Below are positions 26,787 to 42,532 of a DNA stretch of 64,000 bases, piece after piece. Source of the stretch: Polymyxa betae A26-41 (taxonomy: Eukaryota > Protista > Endomyxa: Phytomyxea); the NCBI GenBank assembly GCA_003693705.1, contig RBZT01000673.1, positions 126,876-190,875 of the forward strand. Direction: 5' to 3'. How positions within the stretch are numbered: position 1 is the stretch's first letter; the number at the start of each line of letters is the position of its first letter. The notes beneath the pieces are model-generated. The model ran no database searches and was not told where the DNA came from. It was given only the letters and a program-made list of their open reading frames with translations. The translations under genes and the position numbers were made by a program.

Positions 26787-28518
26787 ATGGATACGGAAGT
26801 AGAACGTGAAGTCACAACTACCGAGCTCAAACGAAATGCTGCTATACAGGTATTGGTGAATCTTTACATTCGTATTCCTATCTCCTTATTTTTAGTCTAA
26901 GGCTCGTCTTCGCCATCGACGCTGTTCACCTGGTCGGATCGATCCCGATTACATTGCCCTGCATAATGCATCGCTGGCTTTGGAGTCGCCAGTGTCGACA
27001 GAACCAGAAAGCAAAAAGCGTCCAGCTCCTGGGCTCGCATTCAGTCGTGCGAAACGTCTGCAGTTATTGGCTAGTTCGTATGCTTCAAATCCCAATGTAC
27101 TTTGCTCCTACCTCCTCCCTATTCAGTTCCCTGATCTGGTCATTTAGGATTCATTGTCCGAGAATTCAACTTCCACAGGACGCTTGGACTTTAAGGGAAG
27201 CGGCGACTTGTTTTCCTCAGCTGGGAAGGCCTTCAATCTTCACTCTGGAAACCTCAGCGCAAGTGTCACTCCCTTGATGAACGATGTAACCTTGGAAGTT
27301 GAAGACAGCAATCTTAATTCAGCACCTCAAAACGGTCACATTGCGGTCGCTGATAAGCAACTTGAGATGGGACAGTCTGCAGTGCAACCCTTGGCATCAT
27401 TGCCTGGACAGCAATCCAGTGCCTTCCGTTCCGTTTCCAATTTCGCTACTGCTATGGCTTCATCAACATTGTTGTCAACACCTTCTGCATCTGGGCCTAA
27501 TTTCGTCAGGACGCTTTCTCCTGGCATTCGTCGCCACTCTTGGCGACAGGTTCGTGCAGCGGTTGCTAACAAGCAAATCCCATTTACAGGGGTTCATCAA
27601 CCGACTATGTCATCGGGCAATCATGCCCCAATGGTGTCGCCAATGGCATCCATATCTCAGCAATCGCAATATGAATCAGAGCTACAGAGCGTTCCGAAAC
27701 CTGTGCCCATTCAGGCTCCTATGCCTTCTTTCTATTCGGCTGTTTCGAATTCAGACGATCGAAATCACCGCACAAGCCACAAATGGCGCCAATTACGTCA
27801 TGCTGTCACTAATAGGTTCACTCCTATGTATCGACAGATGACTCAGCAACAGTCAGATGCTAACAACGTGTATCCTACCAAGTCTCAGGACCAGCACTCT
27901 TCTCATAACAGAGTGTTTCCTGGCGGAACACCTGCTGGAGCTACGATGCCTTCTCTTCGACAAGCGTTTCCTCCTGAGTTATATGCGGCGACTGCTGGTG
28001 GTGAAGTCGTTGATGCTGACGACGACAATGGAGATGAGAGTGGTTCATCAATGAGCGATTGCGCCCCAGGTCCCTCTACCATAGGCGCTATAGAATTTGG
28101 CCGTACTTCCGGGCATTATAAACGCCCTGCTGCTACTGTCGGTGGCGTGCAAACCAAAACTACGCCGTCTTCTCCATCCGGAAAAGCAAGAGGGACTTTT
28201 TACGCGCGGCAAGTCGCATCTACTGAGACGCAAACCGATCCAGTCATTGTTGAACGTTCAGATGCCTGCGTTCAAACGGACTTCTCGATACCACTTTATC
28301 CATTCGCATCGGTCAAGCAAACATCTTCTGCAGAAACGCAGACAGATACATTTATTTGCATGCGGGTACATCCAGATATGGTTTCAACAATGACAGTAAC
28401 CGAAGATTTCATTAACTGCGACAATAATAATTTATCAACTTGTGCAACTTCGCCTAGGAACCCAGTTGCCAACATTTTCTCTCGTATAAATAAAACACTG
28501 CGATGGAAGCAGTCTTAG
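26787..28518 (+). CDS. Hypothetical, largely disordered Ser/Gln-rich protein with TQT repeats
   Basis: 454-aa terminal ORF plus two upstream exons starting MDTEVEREVTTTELKRNAAIQ. Confidence 0.7.
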
Positions 28519-28673
28519 TCTTTAAAACCAGTTTTGAATTAGTTTAATAAATGCAAGGATAGTGCACACTAATGACTGATTAATTAATTGAATTAGTGTG
28601 AATCACGACTTTTTCGCCAAACAAACCTTGGTTGACCAATCTAATACTGAATGGGAAAAAAGCTCCATATAAT

Positions 28674-29161
28674 TTAAAGAGCAAGGCCTGAGGTCCATCT
28701 AGCTGAGTAGTATCGAACTTGCATAGCATAAAGGACTGCAAGTAGTATCGCTATTAACGTAATTAGGAAAGAGTTCGCCTCGAACGTGTATCTGCGCCGG
28801 TATGCCTCATATCCGAAGCTTGGATTAGTTAGCGACGAAGCGCGACGTCGTCGATGCTGTTCGTGGTTGTCGACAGGCACGGGCCCTGAAACCGTCTCAA
28901 AATTGATCTAATGAATCAAAAAGCCAATGATACTGAGTCTCTGAATGAGGCGTTTTGGGGAAATTTCGCGAGATTGTTCTAGATCTAAAGATAACGATGA
29001 AAATAGAAGTGTTCAAGGATGGCTGGCAACCTACGCGCTAATGAACGGCGGGAATGGTGTCGTGATATGCGACCATTGCTCGCTGCTGGACGACAAAACC
29101 AGCAGTATTTGATGAACGAGCCACCTGCAATGGCTGATCCAAGAATTGCCAAAGCCAGCAT
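28674..29161 (-). CDS. Small putative membrane protein (spliced)
   Basis: Hydrophobic N-terminus MLALAILGSAIAGG and C-terminal TM FLITLIAILLAVLYAM in nearby ORFs; exon joins uncertain. Confidence 0.4.
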
Positions 29162-30000
29162 GGCTGAGGAGCTGTATAACTGGTGAAAGCTATGGCACTT
29201 TTTCTCAAATCCAGAAAATTTGGAAAATGAGAAAATACTAACGGTAGTCCGAATACAGAAAATATTTTTTCGAATTACGCAGAATAGCACACCTTTTAAA
29301 ATAATTCTAGAATGGCACTTACGCAAAGTTTCAGAAACCCGCCTATTCAAAAACCAAGAGTTTGTTCGACGACAGCCTTGCCCAGGGCATCTGCAACGGA
29401 CCTGATTCCACGCCTTGTCTGGACTGAAAGCTTATTTCTGTTTTATTTTCTTGTAGCAGGTGTTCCTCGTGGACGAACAACATGAGAGAGCAGCATTTCT
29501 TGAAACTCCAGATTCGCCAATGACATGGGGATATCTTCACAAGCCTCTCACTATTCGATTCTTTGTAAATTTCTGAGACTAGATTGGAGCATTTGTACTT
29601 GAATTGCAAAAGCGCAGGCGTGACTGCACGGCATTTAAGAAATTTTGAGCAGGAGCAAATTCCGAAGACAACCAAGAAGGCGGGATGTTTTTTTAAACTC
29701 TCCGTTACATTTGTGATATTGTTGAGAATTTGAAAAAGCAACAACATATGATACTCTTCAGTCTTCTGTATAATACGGTACGCCAAAAAAGTGTGATAAT
29801 CTGTAGAGCTGTCCGCAAATGACAAGAAAGATATGTACCTTTTGTTTAAAGAAATTTGGATTTTTGCTTATGCGATTTTATATTAGATCGTACGAAATCC
29901 AATAGTGTTGTACAGTACGATTTCAAGAAGTTAAAAAAGCCAGAAATGCCTACCTTCGCTCCTTTTTTAAAAAAGATACGTTGTCGTTCTATTGCCATTA

Positions 30001-30480
30001 ATGATGGATTTCGCCACTGTCACCATGTCGCCTCTGCTAACCGCCAGTTCTGGTGACCTTGTTGAAGTGACGCCAAAAAACGATGCTGACCCTTTGAACC
30101 TCAGTGATCGTGAGGCACAGTTAGCTGCAGATAGACTCGAGAATAGCGTCTTCTCGGGCGATGAAAATCAATCGCAGCCCGGGGCTCTTCTAGATATCAA
30201 ACAAGTGGAAATGATTAGTAGGAGAGCTACGGACTTCAGTCTATGCCCCGGGACTAGTGCCGACCATCTTGCCGAAAGGCACGATAATCCAATCCAATCC
30301 GATCATCTCGGGCTGAATGCATCACCGCACAGCTATCATGAATGCAATGGCGCTTTTTATCAGACGCATTTTGAAGCATTCTGTCAAGGGAAAGACCAGC
30401 TACAACAGATTCCTTTCGTACGAACAGAGCGTAAGTATAATTTAGAAAAAAAGCGAAGACATGATCAGAATCTGCCATAG
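30001..30480 (+). CDS. Hypothetical protein (about 159 aa)
   Basis: Single ORF with protein-like composition; no recognised domain. Confidence 0.45.
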   Translation: MMDFATVTMSPLLTASSGDLVEVTPKNDADPLNLSDREAQLAADRLENSVFSGDENQSQPGALLDIKQVEMISRRATDFSLCPGTSADHLAERHDNPIQSDHLGLNASPHSYHECNGAFYQTHFEAFCQGKDQLQQIPFVRTERKYNLEKKRRHDQNLP

Positions 30481-31625
30481 AAGGTCTGGGTAAAAGTAGA
30501 GAGATATTTCTGTACAGTTCTTCGAAGGCCGAGATATGTTCAATCGACGACGTCAATTACGTAGTATCCAACCATTTGTCTAAAAAGACTTCAACACTGA
30601 GACGGCCGATTGTAAGGGCGGTGCCAAAACAGAGCTCCAATCTGTTGACATCCCCTTTCCGCCACTAAGAGTATCAGCCATGTCGATGTCTCAGTTTGAG
30701 AGATCGCATATCTTTCAATGTCTCTTTGATTCGCTTTGTTTACGAACAGGCCAAAAATAAGGAATGATTCTATATTTATCATACATTCATACTGTAGACT
30801 ATAGAGCGTAAATCTGAAAAGGATGCATTTATTTCCGGACAGCTCTTAGTGTTATTTTTCATGTAATTTTCTTGGAAAGTTGAGCAAAATTCGCCAAAAA
30901 AAGGCTAAAGTGATTTAACGAGAGTTGAATTTCGCTTGTCAAAAAATCCGATCAGCTGGAATTTGGAAGGAGCTCTAACCAGTAGGCATTTATAATTGCT
31001 ACGATGATGTAATCTATTCATCCTTCTAAATTTACAAAACCTCTCCTCTGGATGTCAATTTATCTGTTTATATATAAAGTTTCTTAAACGAAACTAAGCT
31101 AAGCTCATATCAACCTCATTTCTACAAATTTGTCTAAAGAAAGAAAAATAAAATAGAATTTTAAGCTAAATTTGCCCCTTTAAGTTTCGTCGACATCAAA
31201 AATGAAAGTTTTTGATATAGCCTGTAGGTAGTGGAAGATAAACAGTGCATGCCGACCCGTACCTGGGACCGAACATCACGTATCCGGGAAACTATTACCA
31301 CCTGACAGAACCCGGTCCTGCACGGCTGAGTCTGCCAACCGGATAGCGGTTGTGATTTGTGAACCAGGGATTGTGGCCGTGGCTTTGATAGTTGATTGGC
31401 CTCTGTTACGAGAAGGGTCACTCACTCATCATCCCACCACCCCATCATAGCATAATCAAGAGTACCCGGGTTGGCCTCTCCATATTAGTCATTTATCAGT
31501 ATTGTCGCATCTCTATCGTACGTCATCGCCGCTGAACGACATTCGTGGCGCCGGCGTCTTTTACAACCGACGCAATCCTGACTTTAGACAGCGCTGGCGC
31601 CGGCGTTGCCGCCCGTGACGCCAAT

Positions 31626-33685
31626 ATGTCGGTTCGTGGACTAATCAAGACTTTTAAGCGACGTATTAGTAAAGACGGGAACCTACCCGGTTCAGGCGCT
31701 ACCAGCCCGCCTGCACTTACAAGAGCTTTGTCTGGCACCTCTCAAGATGGTCAGAAACATTTTTCAAGATTGTTTCTTGAACTTTTGCGATTTTATATTA
31801 AGTTGTCATTTGTCTGAAGTTGGTTCCTAACAAACCAAAGCAGCAAATTCAATCTCGTCGAAGAAAGATATATTACAACCATTGCCAAGTTTCAGGGAGT
31901 GCCCAGCCTCTGAAAGACAGGTCTGATGATTTGGTTTCTGACATAAATTGCCATTTCCCACAAAATGGCCCTCCAGGCGCTCATGATCCGCAAGTTGAAA
32001 CTTTGTACGATTATCTTTGATTTTTCTACAAATGATAACGGTAAAGATAATCTCGGAAAAGAGATGAAACGCCAGATGCTTCTCGAGCTTGTCGACCATT
32101 TAAGTAAAGTATTTTTTTGGACACTGTTCCGAATTTTATTTTGTTTCTAGGCACAACAAAGACTTGGTTTTCAGAGCAAGTTTGTCAGGAAATTATCAAT
32201 ATGATCCAGTGCGTGTATGCTAAATTTTGCAGCCTGCTTTCTGATTGTTAACAGGACAAATCTTTTTCGAACTTTGCCTCCTTCACCTTCAGAAACTGCC
32301 TTTGATCCAGAAGAAGACGATCCCGTGCTGGACCCTGCTTGGCCTCATCTTCAGATTGTCTATGAATTTTTATTAAGGTACAATTGCTGTAAATTGTTGT
32401 TTGCAAGTTATACAAACTCCACTATAGATTTGTGGTATCCTCGGACACGGATGCAAAAATTGTAAAAAAATATGTCAATGGTCCATTCGTTCTCCATATT
32501 TTGGATCTTTTTATGAGTGAAGATCCGAGAGAAAGAGATTACCTAAAGACTGTACTGCACAGGTAAATCCATTCTGGTTTCAGTTGATAACTCTAATTTG
32601 CTGCGAAAGAATATACGGAAAGTTCATGTCGCTTCGATCTTTTATCCGCAAAGCCATCAATAATGTTTTCTTTACTTTTATCTACGATACTGAACGGCAT
32701 AATGGCGTTGGTGAGTTGCTGGAAATTCTGGGCAGTATAATCAACGGATTCGCCTTACCTCTGAAAGACGAACATAAGAGATTCTTGAAAAATGTTCTTA
32801 TTCCCCTTCACAAGGTTTTACATGCGAGAGAGAGACATTTTGTACTTCTCAACATTCGGTTTAGGTCCGAACATTAGCGTTATTTCATCAACAGCTGGCG
32901 TACTGTGTAACACAGTTCATTGACAAAGATCCGTTATTGGCTCCGACCCTGATTCTCGGTATTTTACAGTACTGGCCCATCACGAATAGCTCAAAAGAGG
33001 TGCGAGTGCATCGTTTTTGCACAATGCGTTTTTCAATGCTGTGCTAGGTTCTGTTTTTGAATGAACTGGAAGAGATTTTAGAATTAACCCAACCAGATCA
33101 ATTTCAGCTGGTAGTGGAGCCTCTCTTTAGACAGATTGCAAAATCCATCGCTAGCCCGCACTTCCAGGTATATATGACTTTAAGAAAGATCAATGTATCT
33201 TACTATTGGATTAGGTTGCTGAAAGAGCTTTGTTTATGTGGAATAATGAATATATATCATCACTAACGACAGATTTTCGGAAAAAAATCCTTCCTATATT
33301 ATATCCTGCGTTGCATGCTAACAGTGAGACATTGTGTTGATAGTTTATCTTTCTTGTAACCAGCCCATAGGCAAAAAGCATTGGAATACGACTGTGCATA
33401 CGTTGACTTTCAACGTGATCCGCATGTTTATGGAAATGGATTCGGAATTATTCGATGCTCGATCGAAGAAGGTATTGACGGCCTTCGAGCCTCTTATGTC
33501 TGCTTAACATTGTGTCAGTTCACTGAAGAATCATCGGCAAATCAAGATAATGCTAAAAAGCAAGAGGACATGTGGGAACAGCTCGAGAGGCAGGTTGGTG
33601 ATATCCTTCCATTTACTCATATCCGTCAAATGACAAGACCGTGTAGGCTGCTCAGCAAAAAAGACTGTCTTCTGGGGCCTCTTAA
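31626..33685 (+). CDS. PPP2R5: Protein phosphatase 2A regulatory subunit B' (B56)
   Basis: [85 protein letters not shown] and SPHFQVAERAL. Confidence 0.96.
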
Positions 33686-33902
33686 TATTGTTTCCATCTT
33701 TCATACAATGTATTCATTTATGTCATGAATATTCTCTAAATCGTCGTATTATTAAATCTACTTTTTAAGTAGAAAACCAAAGCTCAACGAAGCTTTTCAA
33801 CTGCATCCGATCAAGCTGATATCTAAGTGAAAAGGAATCGAATGTGCTAGGCAGCAGCTGTGAACACCCGAAAGAAAACTGCCATAAATAATTGGGGCGA
33901 TT

Positions 33903-35908
33903 TCATTGTTCATTAACATCAACATCATGAACAAATACAGTCGGTTGCAATGTTGTCTCCTGAGCTGCTTGATTACGCTGCAATTGACATTGCAGCATTG
34001 TAAGCCGCCCTGATAGCGCCATCAAAGACGCAGCACCTCTTTGCCGATTATCTAATAACTGAACCCAGAATCAACCTTTACTGTAATACAAGAGTAATAA
34101 CATACTAGTTTGGCTTCTGCAAGCTGTTCAGCAACGGCCGAATTGCCCAGCAAGTAAGCAGTATGTCGTTGCAAAAGGCATTGAAACCAGTTGATTGTGT
34201 TCGCCAGATGTTTCGGTTTCATGGAAGCTGATTACAACGATAAGGAACGACTACATCAGACAAAATGCAACTCACATCGAATACGCTTGACGAGTACAGT
34301 AATCAATGAAGGGATCAAAGCCGGCGGAAGGCGCGACAGCGTTGAAGCGATAAATGAGTCGCGAGTCTGATCCAGAACCAAGCACAGCTTCTGGTTATCG
34401 TTGGATTTCAGGCCTTGCACTAGTAAAGTGATCATAGAATCGGCGGATGCTGCAGCGTTATCATCATCCAGAGGAAGAGGCCTAAGAGAATGATCAGAAC
34501 TAATCGGGAATTTGAAGAAAGTTACCGACAGCGTTTCTTCGGCAGTAATGGCGACAACAACTTTGTCAGTTTTGGGTTTTTTGAGGGTTGTTGAGACGAC
34601 TTCTACCGGAGCCTCAGACTTGGCTCGCTTCCTTGGAGCGCGATCCAAGGCGTTGTCCGCTTCTGAAATGACGTCAGACAAATCACGATAGCTGATGTCT
34701 GGTTTTACGACCAAACGGTGGCAAGTCGTGAGATTTATCGATGGCGCTGGATTGAAACACAGGTTGGGCAATGTGTCCGCCCGCGATCATGATCGCGTCG
34801 TCGCCTGTAAAACGCACAGCTAACGCCACACCGGCACAGTTCAACGAGACGAATTCGGTCACTGATTTCTGCTTTGAGGACTTCTTAACTTGGCCGATCT
34901 ATACAATCGAACTTAGATATAACAAATTGGCAACAGAGCTTCAACTTTACGTTGAAGATTGCGATGTTGCCGGTCTGAGCAACGCAGGCGATGGCATTCG
35001 CGCCAATCGCCAATGTTCTGGGCAAATCGATTCCGAGATAACAAACGGCAGCATCCAATGTGTCTTTAGAGATCTTCTTTAACCTGATCGAAACGAATAA
35101 GGACGGGGCGATTACAGTCTCATGAAGGAGCAGAACGGACCGGAATGCGTTGATGGTTCGATCGCCATGAGCGATACTATACAAGATATCGCCAGCTGGA
35201 TTGAACCTCATCATGACAACATCAGAAGCATGACCACGCAGCTTCATCACAGGCTTTAAGGACGCCAGATCCAATAGGCGAATCGTGCTGGAACCTAGTT
35301 AGAGCGGTCAGACAGGGAAGTCGACATATGCAGGAACAGCAACAGCACCGACCGCATGCCAGCTGTGTGTTATCAGGGCTGATAGCGATCGATCTCGTGA
35401 CAGAACGTTTCGAAGGACGGAATTGGCGCCTTTTGACGAATTCGTCCTCGGACAAAACCCATTCTGAGCAATAACCATCATTACTACACATATACAGTTT
35501 CTATTAACAGAAATCAGTAATGGATGGATAAGGACATTGATATCAGATAGAGACATACAGTAGCATCAGATGTAAAGCAGAGGTCGTGAATACGATCATT
35601 ATGAGCATTGGTCTCATGTATGATGGCGCCTTTCGTCAAATCCACAATAACGACAGAACCGGAGGTCATGCCTAACAATAGATATTCAGTGATTGTATGG
35701 GAGTATTAGAGAGGGGAATGAGACCAATTGCTAATAATCGGCATCGTGTAGACAAGCAATGTGGAATATGATCAGATGGAAGACGTAATTGATCACCGTG
35801 AGGCGTTCCTGTCGCCGTCTCAAAGCAGCGAAGGCGCTGATCAGCAGTGACGACAACGAATATTTCGCCATCGTCTGTAAGGCATGTCAGGACCGGTTCA
35901 TCTGCCAT
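33903..35908 (-). CDS. WD40 / Utp12-domain U3 snoRNP protein (UTP5/WDR43-like)
   Basis: WD repeats (KLRGHASDV); C-terminal LLVQGLKSND..LCLVL....IASTLSRLP and WFQCLLQRHTAYL. Confidence 0.8.
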
Positions 35909-37107
35909 TGTCAGGGCTGCCGGATCCTGGAAAATGATCCGAAACAAATATTCCAGTTCGTGGTGAGATTTACTGATCGATCACGCAGTCCGTCTCGGAC
36001 TGCGTAACGGGTTTTCAACAAAATTTCGCAACAAAATCAGTTTTAGCTCCCGATATTTTTCAAGCTCAGTCGAATACGGAATACTCCTTTCTGCATTTTC
36101 GGATCGCTGAAGTGTGCGTCAGATGCTACACGTTGGTTGTTAGACGAAAGGCATTTTGTGAGTCCTTCTTTTTTTAATGAAGGAATGGAATCAACCGTCT
36201 AATTTGTTGATCAAAATCAACGGGCGATTGCTGTCATCTTCAGCACAAAGCCATTTCTGGCGACAATCATAATGCACAAGATACGATTTTTATGGTATGA
36301 TTTGGTGCTATATTGTGGGACTCGATACACATGCTCATGGAAGAATCCTGAATCTATTGCAAAATGAATACATTATGGACAGATGAGCTTCATACAGAAT
36401 GTTGAACATTATTATTTCACTAATAAAGATGTTATACAATATATGGTATGAGACTATAGTTCACCCATATATTCGCAAATGCTCTGGATTATGCTGTCAG
36501 CGATCATTGCTTCAACGTATATCGTCGTATAGTTACTGGATCATGTTGGATGAAGGCTCCTTCCAGAGACTGTTTGCATTCCAGTATTATATCATATCTC
36601 GACAACAATCTCACAACCAGTGAATGACGTCATGCCGGGCTGCCTGTTTCAAACAAGATCAAAATCATGTTATGGTTCACCATTGTGAGGAAGTTGCTCA
36701 CCTTGGAGGGGAATAGTGTGTACAGGACCGCCCTCGTAGAGATGGGCATAACGGGGTACTTTATGGAGCATTTCCAGAGAGGGGAGGAATGTCAGTAGCT
36801 CCTCAGGAGTACATCTTGAGAGATAGAGCAAATGCATTCACCGATATATGGATGAAGGTCACAACTCTTAATCGTGCTGATAGTCCTCGCCGCATCCGAT
36901 CAGATCCCCCTTGACCATAATGTCGTATATCTGCTCTGGCGTCACAGGGCCAGTACGTCCAAAGCTGCACTGGTTGACCATTCACCTCCCACAAATCATA
37001 GAGGGATTAATATCTAATCCCCCTGGATGATATTTCGGCCTCAAGACATTAGCATGTTCTGCTCGCGATCATCTAGGATCTACGATGTTTGAGGTTTTCC
37101 GGGCTCA

Positions 37108-37130
37108 TAGGGTTTTAGGGTTAGGGTTTA
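37108..37130 (+). repeat. Short interstitial telomere-like (telo-box-like) repeat
   Basis: tagggttttagggttagggttta about 90 bp upstream of the Acinus-like ATG. Confidence 0.5.
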
Positions 37131-37220
37131 ATTGTCAGCATGTGCGGAGCGCAAAACAGTGTTGTTGTATCTCATATCTGTTGATCTTCCATTGCTGTAC
37201 AGTATTACGTCAGAGCTTCC

Positions 37221-38155
37221 ATGTCACAGGCAGAGAACGGATCTACAGCGCAGGCGAACAGCGCAAACAGAAGTACGACTTCTCGTTCGCGTTCCGTCTC
37301 GCCTGCATCGAAAACTCAGCAACAGCGCTCCAAATCGCGATCACGATCGCCTCGTCATAAATCTGAGGTTCGACGCTCAATGTCCCGGTCGCGTTCTCCT
37401 GCTGAAGACAGGAAACGAAACCATGGCCGAGACGACATGGGATCGCCCTCACCCTCTCCTTCTGCAAAGAGACAGCGAAGGTGATTGCCGAGCAGCGTTG
37501 GCTCCAGGCTATATAGCCTATTGCTGAATCTGTTTCAGGTCACGCTCTAGATCAGAATCCAGAGACAGAATAGCTGAAGCTCCTGTTCAACCTACTGCTA
37601 CTGACACTATTCAGATAAACAACTTCGTGAGACCTCTGCGAATTGGTATGCCTTTGGACCAGCAATATATATTCTGGTTGAGATCAGTTCCCATTCAGAT
37701 GATGTTCGAGAGCTACTGTCCAAGTATGGAAATGTTGAATCTCTGACAATGGACAAGTTTAAGACGCATGCTATTGTTAAAGTTGGTTGGAATGCGAAAG
37801 ACATCATGATCACATTCTAAAAAGTGTCCTGCAGTTTAGTTCACGAAATGAAGCGGCCGAAGCATATCAGAACTTGCAAGGTTTCTCATTTCAACCAGAG
37901 AGCGGTAATTTATCTGCAAATGTTTCGATGCCGATTGTCAACTATGTTGTAGGGAAGACTCTATCTGTAAGTTATATTGGTGGTGAATCTAGTGGGGCAA
38001 GTATTCCCAATTCTGGAGCTTCATCAGTTGAAGCACCAGCTGTAGAACTTAGTAATGGCATTCCTCCTCCGGCTACTGATACTGTCACCCTCGATCATTT
38101 ATTCAAGAAAACGACCGCATTACCACCTCTGTATTGGCTTCCAAAGAAGATCTAA
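37221..38155 (+). CDS. Acinus-like splicing/ASAP-complex protein (RS region, RRM, RSB motif)
   Basis: RS-rich N-terminus, RRM start TIQINNFVRPL, C-terminal RSB motif TLDHLFKKTTALPPLYWLP. Confidence 0.8.
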
Positions 38156-38251
38156 CCGGCTTCAATAAATAATCCCTTCCGGAAGTATCATCATTCTCTC
38201 AGTTTTCACATGATTTCCCTTTCTATATAACAGTATATAATATTACACAGT

Positions 38252-40072
38252 TCACAGCAATGGATGTGGTGGCTTTTCCTTGATGTCTTCTGCGACCGAA
38301 TCGAATGAAAGGTTTCCAATCAAGACATCCTTGATCAGTTTGATTTTAGCAAGGCACTGCAGTAGGACGCCCTGATTGCATTCTAATTGCCTGTATAGAT
38401 TAGCAAACCAGTAGCGCATGTCGTCCCAACATTCAGGTCGTACCCTTTCCGTATTTCACGTTGCATTACAGCAACCAGCTCTTCGAGCTTGTTTCCGAGC
38501 ATCTCGTTGTTTGTTAACGAGTCGTTTAGGTTTCCCGGTAAAGATGGAACCCTGTCCTTTCTACCAGGGCTAAGCTTTGGTAATTTTTGTACGTGCTGAT
38601 TTGCTGAATGTTTTGGAATTTGCTCCTTTTCCGGTTCCGTAGGAACAGGGACGAATACAAACGAACCCACTCCTGACAGTTTTTCGCCTTTCAGCAGACG
38701 CTCGGCACTGCGAATGTCAAGATGAAACAATATTACAAATCGTCCCAAATCAGATTACCTGACAATGAGTTCTGACATGTCACCAACTGGTGGATATGAA
38801 AGCATTAGTCTAATACAAGCGCTGTGATCTCCCGATAACAAATCTTTGCGAACATATTGGAGCATTGCCACACAAAAGTAATCCACGAAAGGCAACGGGT
38901 ATACACTCTCAGGTTTATGATGGGAACTGGAGCTGAAAATCGCATCCCAAATAACAAATCTAGTTTCGAATGCATCAGAAAAGTTCCATTTTGTGGTAAT
39001 GCAGCTTACATATTCGCAAGGGTAAATTCCCGAGCTAGAAGAAGGCGTAACCATCGAAGTCCATATAGTTGAGGTTGAACGCCAACCTGACAAAATTGCA
39101 GAAGGCCCATAACGTGCCGACATTTTTATACCTTGCTGAGATGTAAATACAGCTCGGAATCTGCGTCTCTAAGTAAAATATTCTGAACGTATTCCGACCT
39201 AAATGATCAATCAAGATAAAACCAAGATGTCACAGCAGCCGCAAACCTGGCTACGATCGGAGGAGGCTGATTCTCAGCATCCGAAGGTTCTGAGATAAAC
39301 AGATTTGACATATTAGACATTAAGACATCAAATACAGCAAATGAATCATGCTCGATGAAGTTTCTGTCTGCAAACTGTTATATTCAGCAGAAACATATTA
39401 TTGTAAGGACCTAACCAGACAAACAACGAATCTCTTCGGAAGAGCATTCGTCAACGTCATCGGCATCGTTGGATCTGGCCAAAATGATAGGCGATAACAG
39501 CTCGTTCATTCCTTGTCGATATGAGACATTCGGGTTTAATTGCGCCCAGACGAATAAGATGTTTCGCATCTGCATCTGCGTTTGTGGCGACTGGAAAAAA
39601 GGTTTTGTGGGATGTGTTCGAACCAAATCAAGATCGATGGTCGATTGTAGATCAGCTGACCTGAAAAACTGAGACCTAAAAGAACAATGAGATGATGTGT
39701 GAGATTCAACGGCAAGAACATCAAAGAAGTAATCGATCGTAAAACCAGCAGATACCATGAACTTCGCTGATGTTGTGAAAGAGGATTGTTAATCTGCAGG
39801 TCGTCATCGTCATTAACAGGAGCCGCCGTGAACTTCGCTAACAAGCTGCTGTACGTCCCCCGTTGCTGATGAGCTTGTTGGACCCATTCGGCGGGATCGA
39901 GTCCTTGAAAGACGCCAAGCCAAGACCTCCACTGCACCGACCTCGGCAGGTGATCGAGATGATGCTGTGTGAATGTCATAGATATGATTTACTTGAACGT
40001 ATTATTAATAGTATGTAGTATTACGGTGCTAAAGATGGTGGCCTCCCTGGCTCCATCATTTCTATTATCCAT
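38252..40072 (-). CDS. TBC-domain Rab GTPase-activating protein (TBC1D5-like)
   Basis: RSVQWRSWLGV, INNPLSQ..SSW, IDLDLVRTHP, YRQGMNELL, FVIWDAIF and VAMLQYVRKDLL. Confidence 0.88.
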
Positions 40073-40484
40073 AATACATGCAATGCATGGCATCCTTTCA
40101 TTAGCAATCTTCGCACAATCGAACTGGGATTATTCTCCAAATTGTAGCTTCAAGTTCGTCCATTAATATCATGGAAAAGTGATGACAAAGTTTTCAATTT
40201 GTGTATTTTTTATTCAGTTTTACTTTGGGATAACGCAAAATCAGAAAAGAAAAAGATGAATGGTTTTTTTTCCTAAAGCCTAATTCAGTTCGAAATGAGA
40301 TTTATTCTCGATATGGATTGGATGGTGGATTTAATCGCAGAATTTGTGTCGTTTGTTGGCTCAGATATTGTTCGACGCTGTCATGACGTTATCCCCAATC
40401 TAGACGCCTACAGCCAGACATAGATCATTGTGGCGTCAGCAGTAAACATCCATCCATTCGTCGTCTGTTGATCTCTTCGTTGTC

Positions 40485-42532
<2,048 letters not shown>

